A stretch of DNA of 64,000 nt from Psilocybe cubensis (GCA_017499595.2 CM039005.1:1116001-1180000); one strand, 5' to 3'; counted from the stretch's first letter, positions 1 to 13,593 are shown. Made by a program: numbers and translations. The notes: a model not told the origin generated them from the letters alone.

Positions 1-1495
1 AGCATTGTCGAGGCAAATTTTAGTTTCAAAGTGAGCGTGTCCTTGCAAGGAAATTGATTTAATTCTTACAAGTTGTAGGCTGACCTTCTATATATCGTTA
101 TACTATTTTACTTACATGGCCAGGTCTCTGAAGCTGTATTGTCACAAAGTCCTACACTATTCAAAAGTTTGAAACCCTTGTGAGCGCGACGGAACTCAGG
201 CAAATCCCGTGTATGGTGAGATATACGTGCCTGAACCAATTCAGATTATCCCCCTATGCTATCCGTTGTCGTATTAAAAGTCAAAGAGGCTAAGATTGTA
301 ACTGTTCTGATTGCTGAATCAGGTCCAATTTCAATCAATTGCTCCCTAGAAGTATATCCGAGCTCCAGGGCTGGGAGTCGGCCATTATACACGGTAATAA
401 CTGCTATATCGCATTTGTTCCTCTGATTATAGCCCATCTGATAGCGAGATATATTCTACTCTTGCTTATTTTCTAAAGGTGCAGTGGAGTGTCCTTTCAC
501 ACAGAATATTGGCTATATTTTGAGGGAAATGACGGTGGAGTTATTCGATAATCCAGCAAACTTGCTAGTTGGAGGGATTAAAACCGGAACATCGTTCCGA
601 TGATCCCTCCTCTTATCGCTTCCCCGTTCAGCGATACACCATAAAGAAGCCGTGCAGGCATGAGGACTATGCTCTCAGGCCTGGGTCACATTTCATGCAA
701 CATGACTAGCCATCTATCAATAGCTCCTGTACTTCTATGGATAAGACGACGCACCCATCGAGAACAAGCCTCGCAGATAGTGCTACAACTGCAAATTTGA
801 ATGCTGATTAGTATGGCAAGTTCATTTACCAGAGTCAGGCGTCAAAGCCCGTCACCCCGTGCGCAATTAGTCCCATCCAGCTAGACTCTCTTAAAATTAT
901 TGAGGAGAGCCGGAGAATTGTATAACGATCAAAATATTCTTTTGGCATGTTGATATTCGCCTTGGACAGTAGGATGTACTCTGATATGACAGCTGTTGGT
1001 ACATAACGAATATACCTGTGCAATCATTAAAATATGGAAAGTCACGCCAAGAAAGTGCCAAGTTGTGAGCGCCTACAAACAAAATTAGATATGATCCTGA
1101 TGGCGTCCAACTGTTAGTACTTATACACTTTATCCAGATCATTGAAAGGGTATGCAATAATAATGAAAATATTTTATAGGCAGGGAGCAATCGTGTCTGT
1201 TTGGTATTGACAAACATCATGTATATTACACAATCGAAGAGCGATACATCATCAAGTCTTGAGTCCCTCGTCATGTCCGCCGACGTTGTAATTTTCCCAC
1301 AACTTACTTTGTGTTGGAAAATCTCTCAGTATACTCCCGGAAAGATATCTTAAACACAGTTACCGGTGACGAATAAGAATCATTACTACCTAGAAAATGA
1401 GCAGATCTCTTAGATAGTACAGAGGGCAAAATAAGATGAGAATGAAGTAAAATTAAATGCTCCAAAGTAGATATTTTAGCATCGTACAGCGCTTG

Positions 1496-2161
1496 CACTG
1501 CGGGCGCCGACCGCTGTAAGTTGAACATACAGCAGTAAACTTACATGTCTTATGTAAGTTTAGGTGTATATTCAACTTACAGCACTTGTGTCGGGAAAAC
1601 AAACATTTAACAAAGACATATTGTGTTTGGTGGCTGTATGCCGATCAAACACAATTGCTGTAAGTAGACTGTAAGTAGAATAAACACCTAAATTACACAA
1701 ATTGTCTTTGTCCGGTGTTAGTAAAACATACACATTTTCTATAAGTCGTACAAACAGCACTTACTGTAAGTAAAAATTACACACAAAGAAAACAATTTGT
1801 GTATGTTATACTTACACCATTAAATGAATTGAAAAACTTGTGTAAGTATAACATACACAAATTGTTTTCTTTGTGTGTAATTTTTACTTACAGTAAGTGC
1901 TGTTTGTACGACTTATAGAAAATGTGTATGTTTTACTAACACCGGACAAAGACAATTTGTGTAATTTAGGTGTTTATTCTACTTACAGTCCACTTACAGC
2001 AATTGTGTTTGATCGGCATACAGCCACCAAACACAATATGTCTTTGTTAAATGTTTGTTTTCCCGACACAAGTGCTGTAAGTTGAATATACACCTAAACT
2101 TACATAAGACATGTAAGTTTACTGCTGTATGTTCAACTTACAGCGGTCGGCGCCCGCAGTG
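1496..2161. mobile_element. Non-autonomous CACTA/CMC-type foldback element (MITE-like), almost entirely terminal inverted repeat
   Basis: Arms 1496-1817 and 1840-2161 (322 bp each) are reverse complements with one mismatch seen, around a 22-bp spacer. Termini are CACTG...CAGTG. A 3-bp direct repeat TTG flanks it (1493-1495 and 2162-2164), matching the CACTA-type target-site duplication. The TGTAAGT/ACTTACA motif recurs internally. Confidence 0.88.
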
Positions 2162-3648
2162 TTGTGATCTATGGATCAACTACGTCTCCACATGTCACTG
2201 TATCTATCGGACATTAGTTTTAGTCCAAGGATTACCTATAAATGTCCAATGCCAGAGTAGAAGTTAAGCGTGTAAACGGCCTGGAGTAATTTAGAACCGG
2301 TACCGAGTCCTTAAATGTATTATTGGGTCAGGAATGCTAGGAAACATACACGGACGGTTTTAGACTAAGCCACGATGATGAGTAGCAGTACGAACGTTCT
2401 GGGAACCGATCCAAAGTTATCTGAAATTTGCTCATGCCATGGACGACTGACCTTGATCCAAACCGATTTAGACCATGCTCATGAGGCGAGAGGCTGTTTT
2501 TCAACTTTCCGTACCCACCCGACGCCAGGTTTTCAATTCAAACATTCCGTGCCGCGAATCTAACACTCCCCACTGAAATTCACACTTCTTTTTTCCATAA
2601 CCCTGGTAAACGGCTTCGAAGTCGGGGGGGAGTGCGTCAGTACCTCGCTAGTGTCTAGTGTGGGTAAAACGCATAACTTTCCACGATAACGGCTCTTGCA
2701 TTGTGTGAGAAACGTCGCCCTCCCCACACTGTTATCAAGCGGAAGTTTTGGGTGTCTGTGTGAAGGTGATAATCATGAATCAATTTAGTTGCGAGTTATC
2801 ACCAGTTTGTCAGTTGTGGACTTGGTGGACCTATCGGGATCAATGCACCAAGTTGGCAGACAGCCTATAATAATGCCGACGTAGAAGGTACCCATACATG
2901 TCTGTGTGGCGCACAGTTATACCCGAGTTGAGCGAAACAGCCCCAACGTATGTTTTTCTTGCCTGATGTGGGTGGAAGCTCGGGCCTTGAATCCGGTCTG
3001 TGAAAGCTTTTTGGCATAAGCGCTGAAGTAATGATTGTTCATGCCAGATAGTGCACGAAACTTACATACTTAACTCCAGTTAAACGCTTGTCGACGGCAT
3101 ATATCATACCGCATTTAGGTATATGTACTACCCCAGGGCGCTCGCACATTTCATCACAGTTTGTAGATGTGCATCGGTTTGTCAGCGCCGGACCGTTCCG
3201 CAGTGTGGTGAAAAAGATAGTATGGCGACATGGACTGCGCTTGTGTTTGCTCGGATCCTGGCTACTAGGTCGTAGAGTTGCTCCCATATGGGGTCTATGT
3301 CATAGGCTTAGACCGATTGTGGAGACCCGTATGCTCTGTAGTGGAAAACCCTGATATCCTGAAGAGAGTAAGTAAGAGTAAGGAAGCGCAATATGGGTGT
3401 GTACGACTGTCTCCTTTAGGATACAGTAGACATTAGATCCGCAGAGTATAGTGTATCAATTATATTGACGTCCACCAATGCAGTGCACTCCAAAAGTCCA
3501 CAATACACATTCTTGAATTCAATTTCAATTTGAAAAGATCTTTCTATTAGAGAACATTCGGCATTTGAGTTTCCTTTAGATTCGTTTAAAAAGCTGTGTC
3601 GTACACCTTCGGTCTTAGAAATCAAGAAAAGATTGGTGGTTAGGCCAT

Positions 3649-6600
3649 TTACCGACCCATCCATCCCTGTAAACAAAATAGATCAGTACCAAACGTCCAA
3701 CAAATTGCATATGTACAACAGATTTGTCAGAGGAAAGCAATATGAAAAAGGAATGACAGCCAAAAAGAAATGAATGAAAACGAGATGACAAAGTAACGGG
3801 TTAAAGTTCAATTAACCATACGCGTAGTTTTTCTCCGAGGCTAAAGCGCAATCAAGCCCACGGAAAACACAAGGAACCGTCCTCAAGGAGAACGAACAAG
3901 GGAGCATAACCTCCCCACACAAACACGGAGAAGCGGGCCGCCATCAATCGCCAACTCCGTGAGAGTAGTGTATATGCATAACAAATCACTACCCCTTCCC
4001 GTCCGTCCAGGTAACTGCGAGGGGACCCTCGAAAAAGGCTAAAACGATTACGCAAAGAGAAAATCAAAAACAGAAATAGACCCGGTATCCCTGAAAAAAA
4101 CCAAAAATTGCGGCATACAATCTTTGTCGACACCGTTTACCCCTCATCTCATCTCTATTCTGCGATCGAGCGAAACCCTGGGATATGCAGGGTTCGTTCG
4201 TTCAAACGCATCCCCACATATACGTAGGGCAGACGACCGTAATGATTAATTGCCAATATATAAACTGAATAGCGCGGGGCGGCGCTTCCGTTATAACGAC
4301 ATAATCACGAAAAAAGTGTCGTTTTGAGACCTTGGTTTGGGAATGAAGTATTGAGGGTCCCTTCCCGCGACGCATGGGGTGGCAACGGCAAACTCCGAAA
4401 TTTCGGCAAACGCCGTATAGCACATAACGAACATGGAGAAATGGAGAGCAAAAAAGAGTGGAAAGGAAAAAGACAAAAAATTTGCTTACACCATCGACAA
4501 CGACGAGCTCTCCGCAGACGTACAAGCTCGCCTTGCTCGCGAGGAACACGACCACACCTGCAAAATCGGCAGGGTCGCCCCATCGCCCGGCAGGGATGCG
4601 CTCGCTGATCTGCCTAAGTCTCGTAGGGTTCGCAAGAAGTGCAGAATTCCTAAAACAATAAAATCAAAAAAAGGAAGGGCCAAAGAGAAAGTTTAGAAAG
4701 AGAGACGCACATATCCGTCTTGATATACCCAGGTACGACCGCGTTGACTCTGACACCCCTCGCGCTCCATTCATTCGAGAACGCCTTGACAAGCTGCGCA
4801 ATGCCCCCTTTAGCCGCCGCATACGCCGGGACGGTCAGCCCGCCCTGGAACGACAGCAAGGACGCGAAATGGATGATGGACCGCACGGACGTCGTCGGCG
4901 TCGGGATGCTCAGCATATGCGCGCCGGCTGCTTGCGAGAGCAGGAACGCTGCCTTCAGGTTCGTGGTTATCACCTGCAAACAAAACAAACGAGGATCGCA
5001 AGGGGGTGGGGGGTTATGTCAGTTCCCTGATTTAGATAGATAGGGTAGGGTAGGGTAGGGTGTACGAGAAGATTAGATGAGATTGAAACCAATTAAAAAA
5101 ATGAATGAATAGTAATGATGAGAACGACACAAAAGTGTCAACTATGCCGACATCTGACAAAAATTTTGAAATTTCAAAAATGAAAAAGAAGGTTAATAAA
5201 AAAAATTTGAATAGGTGTGAGAAGCGTAAAGCGCCAGATGACGACGACCAGCAGAGAGAGAGATAGAGAGATCCAGAAACCGACGGAGAAGATTACTCTT
5301 TCCATGGAGCCGATCAGACGTCAAATCCGTTCAAGGAAAGCATTTGGCCCAAATCCAATCTCCAAAGGATTACGCATCAGGGTAAAAAAGAAGCGGCGGT
5401 CCCGAAGCGATGTCCAATTTCACGATCGATGCTCAGGCACTAGGCACCATATCGACAATGCACACAACAGGGTCGCGTCGCGTCGCGTCCTTTCTCGTCA
5501 CGGGCGGTCGGTATATGCGGGGGTGGGATGGAGCGCAAGGGTGTTGATAATGATTAATGAGCGCCCAATGTGAGGAGGCGGGCCTGGGAAAATGGGGGGC
5601 GGACGACGACGACGACGAGCCAACCGGAATTCGGCACGAAAATAGGCATATTTAACAAACAACGTAAAATGTCGAAGCGCGCACGCGCAATCAATGACGA
5701 CGAGAGGACCAATGAAACTGTGAAACTGTGAAACCCGTACTGACATGCCGCCCACCGCCGCCGCCGCCGCCGTCATCGTTCCCGTTCCCATTCCCGTTCA
5801 TGTTCCCGTTCCTTCCAAGGTGTCTGTCCATCTGTCTTTCTAGGCTGTCCGGCCTGTCGTTTGGATAGGTACCCCCGTCGAGATGAAACGATGGTAATAG
5901 TGATGCGTTTTTTGACAGAGAACGGCTGCGAGAAGACGCGTTCCGGGTCCATTATGGATAATGAATGATATAGGAGGGCCTGGTGGTCGCCTGGACCTAG
6001 CTAGACAGCGACTGGACAGCGCACGACAGCGGCGCATGGAGTACGCATCAAAACCAGAGACAACTAACGTCACCCCCACCCTACCCCAAAGCAAATGGGA
6101 AAAAATTCAAAAGCAATTAAAGGCAGGAAGTAAAAGCAGATAAAAGAAATCAACGGATAAAAAGAATAAAAAGGATAAATTAACAACGAGAAAAAAAGAA
6201 GTAAAAACACAGCGTAAAAGCAACACAGAGCAACAAATGAAATGCAAAAAAATTGAAGGAAAAAAAGAAACCCTGCGTACTGGGTAGTCCGGTGGCGGCG
6301 GCGAATGGTGCTTTTTCGCGTGCGCCTGACATCACACCATCGTACATCGCACGTCTCCATCCCATCCCATCCCTCAAAGACACATGAACCCGGCGGTACG
6401 GTATGGACCCGTCACCCTCGCCCCAATCACGCAGTGTCCACCGTAGCCAAGCTGCTGCCAAACGCCAAACCCCGCTACGACGCGACGGGCGTTGCAAGCA
6501 AGTAAAGCAGAAGAAGAAACCCAAAATAGGAGAAAACCCGAGGTTGCAAAAACAAAAGCAAAAAGCAAGAAGGCAAGAAAAGGAATAATCAGAGGTAAAG

Positions 6601-9600
6601 CGCGCGCTCGAGCTAGGCCCTGCGCACTACACACACGGAGCAAAGTCAAAGCCAAAGTCCCAATAATCCAAAGATAACGAAAAAAAAAGAAAAGAAAGTT
6701 TTTCCTCTCTTCTTTCTTCTTCGTAGCCAGGGTCGTACGTATCGTACTGTGCAGTGCAGTGCTGGAGAGCACAGGCGCAAACGTAACCGGTTGTTGCCCC
6801 TGTCCTGTCCTGCCCTGCATCTACACGCCCTGTCCAAAAACCCTGGCTTACATCCTATCCTTATCCACTATTCATGCAACCACACCAACAAACCAGATCT
6901 ACGCTCCTCCCAAAAAGGTGAATCATTGCACCCTTTACAACTATCTTTCTTATCGTTATCAAGCGTCGTCGTCGGCGTCGGCGTCGCTAACGCCTAACAA
7001 ACCAACGACCAACGACCGACCAACGACCAACCAATCAACCAACCAACCCATTCCGATAACACAGGGAGGGGAAAGGGAGAATCCAACCCACGATTCCATC
7101 GAACTCGCTCTCTCTCTCGCTCTCGAGCAAACCAAGAAGAAAAGAGCAAAAAGACAAAAACAAAAAAAAAAAAAAACAAAAAAACATAAACCGGGGCCAC
7201 AAATTCCAAATACAGTAGTGCAAGCCACTTATCGCGACTCCACTCCACGAATTGAATAAAATAAATAGACCCTCATCACAATCAGCCGACGGTATCAACA
7301 TCAACCCAAAATAAAAGAAAGAAAAAAGTCAACGTCGTCATAGATGATGTCAATGACAACGAACCCCGAACCGTGCTGTATGATGATGATGATGATGAAT
7401 AACAAAACACCCCAAGTTCCAAAAAAAGATGTTGCTCTTGAATCTCTTGACCCTCCCATCAACCATCAATTCCATAAGTGACTTGAAAAGGTATAGCGCG
7501 AAAAGCAGAAGACAAGAGAAGAGAAACCTTTGTCAGAAACACGCGGCTGTACGAGAGCGCGAATGCAACCACATCCCACAACCACCAGCAATAAAGAGAG
7601 AGAGAGAGAGAGAAGGGAAAAGGGAAAAGGGAAAAAAGTGACAGAGATTTAATGGCTTCAAATGAACACCGGCCACCAAAAACCCCTCCGTCGAAACCAA
7701 ACCAATAAAAGAGAAAAAGGGCAAACAGAAAAAAAGGCAAAAAACCGAGACTCGGTCAAAGTGTGAAAGAAGGAAATGAATCGAATCGAATCGAAAGCGA
7801 ATGAACATGTAAAGAGTAAAGATAAACAAATCCATGAACAAATGAAATGAAAAAACCCGATTGACAAGACGGTGATGAAAACGATAGAAAAATGAAAACG
7901 ATGAAAACAACGAAACGATAAATGGGGAGGGAGGAAGGAAGTATGCGCAGGGGGATGAACAGAAGGGCAGGGGAGGGGCTGACCGTCCATCTCGTATCTG
8001 CCATATCCAATCCAATTCGATTCGATTCGGGAACAAATCAGAAAAACACGCGAGGCGCGAGGGGGTGAAAAGGTTATTTGAAAGCGAAGCGTCGCATGGT
8101 CGTATGCATTGATCTCCGGGTTCATTTGGGTTCATTTGGGGTGGGTGGTGGTAATTCAAGTTCGAATTCGAATTCGCCGTTGGGGTGTTGTATGTGATAG
8201 TGTATACTGCGTGCGTTGGTTGGTTGAACGCCGATATTCCAGACGAAGCAAGTCGGACCACAGGAGCAAAACCAAAACCCATTACGTACAGGTTAACCCA
8301 TCACATGAAAAAAAGCAAGCAACACAACGCAATGAGAAGCCAAAAAAGACGACGAAAGCAAAGGCAAAGACGCGAAAGATAACACCACACACACACACGC
8401 ACAGAGAGAGAGAGATATCCACGTATCCACGTTCCGGTACGTTGGCCACGACAAACCACACGCACGCGTGAGTTCGATAGTTGGTCGGCGGCGGCGGAGG
8501 AAGAAAATTTGAGTGTGAGTGTGAGTGTACGTGTGCGAGGATGCATGGTGTGAATGTGAGGTGAGTGTGAGGTGAGTGTGCGTAAATCCCTACATCCTAC
8601 ATCCGAGTGTGAGATGTAGATGTGTGTATATGTGAGGTGTGATGTTATGTGATGATATGTACATCCCATATCCCACATCCGCCCGTGCCGTATACGATGT
8701 ACCGTTACATGGTGTGTGTGTGTGTGTCGTACAGTGTAGTTCGTAATTGATTCTCGATTGTCGATTGTGATTGTCGAGTGTCGATTCATGGGCCGTAACG
8801 CCAACACCAACGCCAATGACAGTACCAGAACACGGAACGCGGAACGGAGACGCGGGAACGGAGACGCGGGAATACCAGAAGGCGGAGGCCGGATTGCGAA
8901 ATGAGTATGACCATGACGAATGACGAGGCGTGTAATGTATAATGGGAGAGTGAAACACGAAAACAATGAACGCGAAACGCGAAAACGCGAAAGAAAACCA
9001 CAAAAACACAAAAAAAAAATCGGAAAAGAAAAACAGAAAAGAAAGAAACCAAACGAAATGAAAGAACGAGACTAAAACGGAGAGAAACCACCCACCTCAT
9101 CCCACTCAGCCTCTCCAAACACCTCAGCAGGCGCCCGGCGCTGGATACCCGCGCAATTCACAAACACGTCGATTCTCCCTCTCCCTCCCCCTTGTCCTTG
9201 TCCTCCCTCGCCCTCTTGCTCTCCCCCTCCACCCCCGATACGCGCAAACGCCTCAAGCGCAGCAGGCACAACGCGCTTCACAGCGTCAATATCCGCAAGA
9301 TCCGCATGTACGACCGGGAAGTGCTGCGATGGGAACGCGGTGCGGAGGGCTGTGACTATGTCCGTTGTCCCTGCGGTCGTTGTGCTTGGGGTGGAGGTGG
9401 AGGTTGTGATGGGTGTTGCGGGTGGCGTTGCAGTTGCGGTTGAGACTGGGGCTGGGGCTGGGGCAGAGGCGTTGGGTGGGGGACGGAGGACGAGGCAGAC
9501 GTTCGCGCCTGCCTGTGCGAGCGCCAGCGCGCATGCGTAGCCTATACCTGCATTGTGGTTATTGTTATTGTCGTTGTTGTTGTTGTTGTGGTCGTGGTTG

Positions 9601-9673
9601 TGGTCGTGGTTGTGGTTGTGGTTGATGTTATGAGACGAGTCAGAGCAGCATTTAGGACGGCGGTAATGGTGTG

Positions 9674-9705
<32 letters not shown>

Positions 9706-9985
9706 CAATAAAGAGGAAAAGAAAAAGGATCAGCACAACGGATCGTCATCATCACCCATCCACCATCATCCTCATCATCCTCATCAGCATCATCAAAACA
9801 GTGAGTCATCGTGTATCGCCGCTGATGGGCGACATAGCACCGAGGCACACATAAACAACACAGAGAGATAGTAGATAGTAGATAGTAGGATAGTACTTAC
9901 CGCGCGACGCGCCTGTAATGAGCGCGTTCTGGCCTTTGAGCGAGAAGAGATCGAGGACGGGCGTATGTGTCGGCGTTGGGTCCAT
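3649..9985 (-). CDS. Short-chain dehydrogenase/reductase, KduD/IdnO-like (2-deoxy-D-gluconate 3-dehydrogenase / 5-keto-gluconate reductase type), about 325 aa, 5 exons
   Basis: Exons 9985-9901, 9547-9096, 4973-4711, 4649-4490 and 3666-3649 join in frame through GT-AG introns. Motifs: [19 protein letters not shown] (TGxxxGIG), [23 protein letters not shown] (YxxxK), [30 protein letters not shown]-stop. Confidence 0.9.
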
Positions 9986-12065
9986 CGTATCCTGTATTCT
10001 GTATTCTGTATCCTGTATTCTTTACTCTGTATTCTGAGTTCTGAGTTCTGAGTTCCGTATTCTGAGTTCTGCGTTCAGGGGATAGGAGATAGATAAGAAA
10101 GAGAATCAACGAGAAAACAGCGACGGGATTAAAAGCAGGAGGAGAAAACGACAAGCTCCGGGGTACGAGTAAGGTAAGGTTAAATAAGTAATTAAAGCAC
10201 AGTACAGTACAGGCCAGATCCTCCGGAGACACCCACCCACCCATCGACATCCACTGAATCATCTCAAAGAAAAAGAAACGAAGCAAGGTGTACCTCCGAG
10301 TCCTTCTCCTTCTTCTCCTAGTACAGTCCGAGTGCAATCCGAATCCGAATCCGAAAATCCAAGATACGCATCTCACATCTCCTTCTCCAATTCAAATCCA
10401 CACAGCGAAGCCCCCACCCATCCACCCATCCACATTGCGCTCGTGCACAAGGTCCACTCCCCACCCAACCAACACTTGCGCCCCTATTTTTAAATCCAAT
10501 CTCCACTAGCACCTACGGCACGGTATCCCGGGGCGGGTCAATCCATCCCATCCCATCCCATCCCATCCCATCCCATCGCTTTCCTCATCCCCAACGGGAT
10601 GCTCCTATACTCTGCTCATTACATTGCACTGCACCCACTCCTGTTTTCACATTACATTGCATTGCGTTAAGTTACAAGAGATTACAAGAGATTACAAGAA
10701 GATAGAAACCAAAAAACCATCAGAAGAAGAAGAAAAAATAACACACCAGAAATTTAAAAACATGAAAAACACCATTGGCCCGGCCCCCGCATTTCACGAG
10801 ACGAGATGATCATTTCATTTTCATTTCATTTCAACTCGGTTTTTATATCACATAAACATAAACATATTATCACCCCGCCTAATCATGATTCGTGCCCTTC
10901 CTTGTTCCAACACCAAAAAATTTCCATTTTTCGTTTTTCTTAAAAGAAGTCGCATACAACGGACCGGTACGAGCTGTCCAGTCTCAAATGTCCAATGCAT
11001 GGATGTATGTCCGTGTGCACTGTTTCATTCCGTGTGGAAACGCAAGAGCCTGGAATTGAAAAGACGACCTGCCTTCTACTGCGATTGCGATATGGAGCGG
11101 GGGATGTCATGGATCATGGATCATGGATGGATCATATCGCTCCCTCGCTCCTTCGCACCCTCGCTCCCTCGCACCCTCGAGCCGGGAGTCGAGCCTGAGC
11201 TCACTTCGAACCAGGCCTACACATGCACGCATGCATGCACAACTTACGATACGGTATATACGATACGGTATATACGATACGATACGATGATACGATACGA
11301 TGCGATGCGCGCCGGGAACCCGATTCAGCCATACAATACAATACAACACAACGCGATAGATAGGCACACACCCCGAGCACACTTAAGTAACCTAATACGC
11401 TTGTCGGGAGCGAGAAACACAGTGTCGCATATATCATACCTTACTTATTCCATCCATCCACTCTAATGAAAAACAATCAATTATGAATAATGAACCGTAG
11501 AGCATACGGTTACCGCGCTTCCGAGTCCGACCATCCAACGCGCGATAAAAGCAAAGAGAGAAAAAAGGGGCTTACCAGGGTCCGTCGCGTCAACGCGTAT
11601 ATACGCGCCTGAGCCTGAGGACGGGGCAGATTAACATTATAGCGCACACCGATGTTGCATTGACGAATGACACAATGTCCACTGCATATTTGTCGATACC
11701 GGTATTCGGACCGCAGACCGAGTGGAGACAGATCCTAGGTCTTTTTTTCTCTCAGAGGAAGGAGGGTGGGGGTGGGAAGTCAAGTGAGAGGAGCACGAGC
11801 CGTGCATAAACGGAAAAACTGGGTGAGATTTGAGGGAAGGGGATTAGGCTGATTACCATGACGCCAGGAGAGAGAGAGAGAGAAGGGTGGGCGGTATTCA
11901 AGGCCCGAGGAGAGATCTGGCGATCCTAGATCTGGGCGATCTGTATGTATATGACACCTGATCTGGACAATGCCGGGTGCCCGATGAGGTTCTAAAAAAG
12001 GCAGAGAGACCCGTTATTGCTATTAGTGTGTGGGGAGAGATGAAGTTTGAGCACTCGGACCGCTG

Positions 12066-12072
12066 TATAAAA
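12066..12072 (+). promoter_or_regulatory. Putative TATA box of the Zn-dependent dehydrogenase gene
   Basis: TATAAAA about 45 nt upstream of the ATG at 12114. Confidence 0.55.
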
Positions 12073-12113
12073 GAACGCAGACGGAAGTCTCGCCAGACGC
12101 CCAAAACAGCGCC

Positions 12114-13593
12114 ATGTCCCCTGCAGTCGTCTCTTCCACCACCGCCGCTGTCCTCTCGGGGCCCCGCACCATCCAGCTCGAGGACAGACGCGTCTGGGCG
12201 CCCCCCAGAGGCGAAGTCCAAGTCAGAGTCCAAGCCACTGGCCTCTGCGGCTCTGACCTCCACTACTACATCCACGCCCGCAACGGCGACTTTGCCGTCC
12301 GCGCGCCCCTCGTCCTCGGCCACGAGTCCGCCGGCATCGTCGTTGACCTCCCCCCAGGCGCACCAGACACCCTCAAGATCGGCCAGCGCGTCGCCATCGA
12401 GGCCGGCATATACTGCCGCTCCTGCTCTTTCTGTCAATCCGGCCGCTACAACCTCTGCCGCCAGATGAAATTCTGCTCTTCCGCCGCCCGCTTCCCCCAT
12501 GTCGACGGTACCCTCCAGACCGTGATGAACCACCCCGCCTACGTCCTCCACCCGCTCCCAGACTCTGTCTCCTTTGAACTCGCTGCCCTCGCGGAGCCCC
12601 TCTCCGTCCTCATCCACTCTTCCCGCCGCGCCCACCTCTCCCCTAACCAGAATATCATCGTCTTTGGCGTCGGAGCCATCGGCCTCCTCGCCTGTGCCCT
12701 CGCGAAACACCGCGGAGCAGCTCGCGTCGTAGCCGTCGACATCAACCCCGCAAGACTCGAGTTCGCCAAGCGAGAAGGCTTTGCCGACGACGTCTTCTGC
12801 CTACCCCAGCCCCAATCCTCATCACAACAACCACAGTCGCTCCCAGAAGCCTGCTGTGCCCCTCCAAAAGCCAACGGCGTCTCTGCCTCCTCACATAAAC
12901 ACACCCACGCACACGCATCCACACCGTCCACCCCACGCGAGATGGCTGACGAGCAGCTCAAAAAGGCGAAGGAGAGCGCGGCGGCTGTGATGTCCGCCTT
13001 TGGCTCCCCAGACGGCTACGACGTCGTGTTCGAATGCACAGGTGCCGAGTCCGTCATCCAAATGAGCATCTTCGTGAGTCCCTCAATTATATCCACAATG
13101 TATAAATAAAACAATCGCTAACCTCCCCTCCCCCTTCCCTCGTTTTACCTGAACACAGTGCGCAATGACAGGCGGCAAAGTGATGCTCATCGGCATGGGC
13201 ACCCGCGCGGCGTACCTCCCCCTCTCGACCGCCGCCCTGCGCGAGGTCGACATCCTCGGCTCGTTCCGCTACGCAGACACCTACCGCGAAGCACTCGCCC
13301 TGCTGTCCACCCCTTCTCCTACCCCTTCCTCTTCCTCTTCCTCCTCATCAGCCTCTTCTCCTTCCTCCGCCTCATCATCAGAATCAGAAGCGCAGGTGGA
13401 ATCAGAAGCAAACTCAAAAACCGGCAGGTCACCGTCACCGTCAATACCCCTCCCGGTGCTCGCGGCGAAGCTCGTGACGCACCGGTTCCCGCTCGCGGAT
13501 ACCAAGCGCGCGTTTGAGATGCTGGCCAAGGGCGTGGATGATGAGGGCGGGTTGGTGCTTAAGGTTATGGTTGGGTCTGGGGTGCCTTGTTAG
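12114..13593 (+). CDS. Zn-dependent medium-chain dehydrogenase, sorbitol/xylitol/L-idonate dehydrogenase-like, about 464 aa, 2 exons
   Basis: Exons 12114-13073 and 13159-13593 (gtgagt...cag). Motifs: GLCGSDLHY, LGHESAG, structural Zn cysteines CRSCSFCQSGRYNLC, ALAEPLSV, GVGAIG NAD-binding loop, VFECTG, GSFRY, VTHRFPL, LKVMV. Confidence 0.93.

Noticed and set aside
835-1274. Possible small spliced membrane-protein gene
   Set aside because: Some splice-like signals, but no consistent in-frame model or recognisable family.
1572-2085. Two mirror-image 62-aa ORFs (MLFVRLIENV...)
   Set aside because: By-products of the palindromic element. They start at GTG and have no protein features.
5200-9050. 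Many ORFs up to 249 aa inside SDR intron 2
   Set aside because: Translations of simple repeats and A/T tracts (Phe- or Lys-rich) with no domain motifs or coherent splice pattern.
11898-12710. 270-aa antisense ORF over the MDR gene
   Set aside because: Shadow ORF caused by strong codon bias on the sense strand.
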